From Gemmatimonadota bacterium (GTDB lineage: Bacteria > Gemmatimonadota > Gemmatimonadetes > Gemmatimonadales > GWC2-71-9): DNA of 25,715 bases. The stretch is from assembly GCA_036679645.1 (NCBI GenBank), contig JAZDCY010000091.1, positions 1 through 25,715 of the forward strand. Direction: 5' to 3'. A program made the position numbers and the translations under genes. A model generated the notes under the pieces. It saw nothing but the letters and a program-made list of their open reading frames with translations, made no database searches and was not told the DNA's origin. Shown here piece by piece: positions 25,626 to 25,715 of this stretch; position 1 is the stretch's first letter; the number at the start of each line of letters is the position of its first letter.

Positions 25626-25657
25626 AAAAAAAAGGGCAGCGGCTTTCGCCGCTGCCC
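25626..25657 (-). terminator. intrinsic terminator for a minus-strand transcript entering from the right
   Basis: A8 followed by the stem GGGCAGCGGC-TTTC-GCCGCTGCCC, i.e. hairpin plus U8 on the minus strand. Confidence 0.85.
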
Positions 25658-25715
25658 CGGGCGCGTCACACCCTCAAAAAAGCCGGTTCGGGAGAGTGCG
25701 GAAAACGAACCGCCT

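Noticed and set aside
25660..25715. Possible RNA gene at the right edge (GGTTCG...CGAACC)
   Set aside because: Too short and truncated; no tRNA or known ncRNA pattern is recognisable

Overview
GC-rich bacterial window. The gene content (6-bladed propeller lipoprotein, carboxypeptidase-regulatory-like domains, DUF4402-type pilins) suggests Gemmatimonadota, which is an inference. Left to right: a propeller lipoprotein, hpt, a DUF3179 + beta-barrel pair facing a Cys-rich periplasmic protein + propeller-TlpA pair, an MFS transporter, a Dph6-like ATPase, a truncated ABC permease, a hybrid histidine kinase, a dUTPase broken at two points and a four-helix-bundle gene. Next come a 921-aa membrane protein with tandem anti-sigma-type zinc fingers and a long coiled coil, a non-classical chaperone-usher pilus cluster with a candidate sigma54 promoter and a divergent pilin-like mini gene, and comM/yifB. 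The last 140 bp of comM are duplicated about 3 kb downstream and bracket an integrase-less cargo islet (phased repeats, PLD fragment, lipoprotein, S1 protease, PD40 fragment). This is followed by a Y1/HUH transposase flanked by inverted 30-bp palindromic REP-like repeats, four of which form an ~90-bp-period array with structurally conserved second hairpins. No database searches were run; all family calls come from motif recognition.
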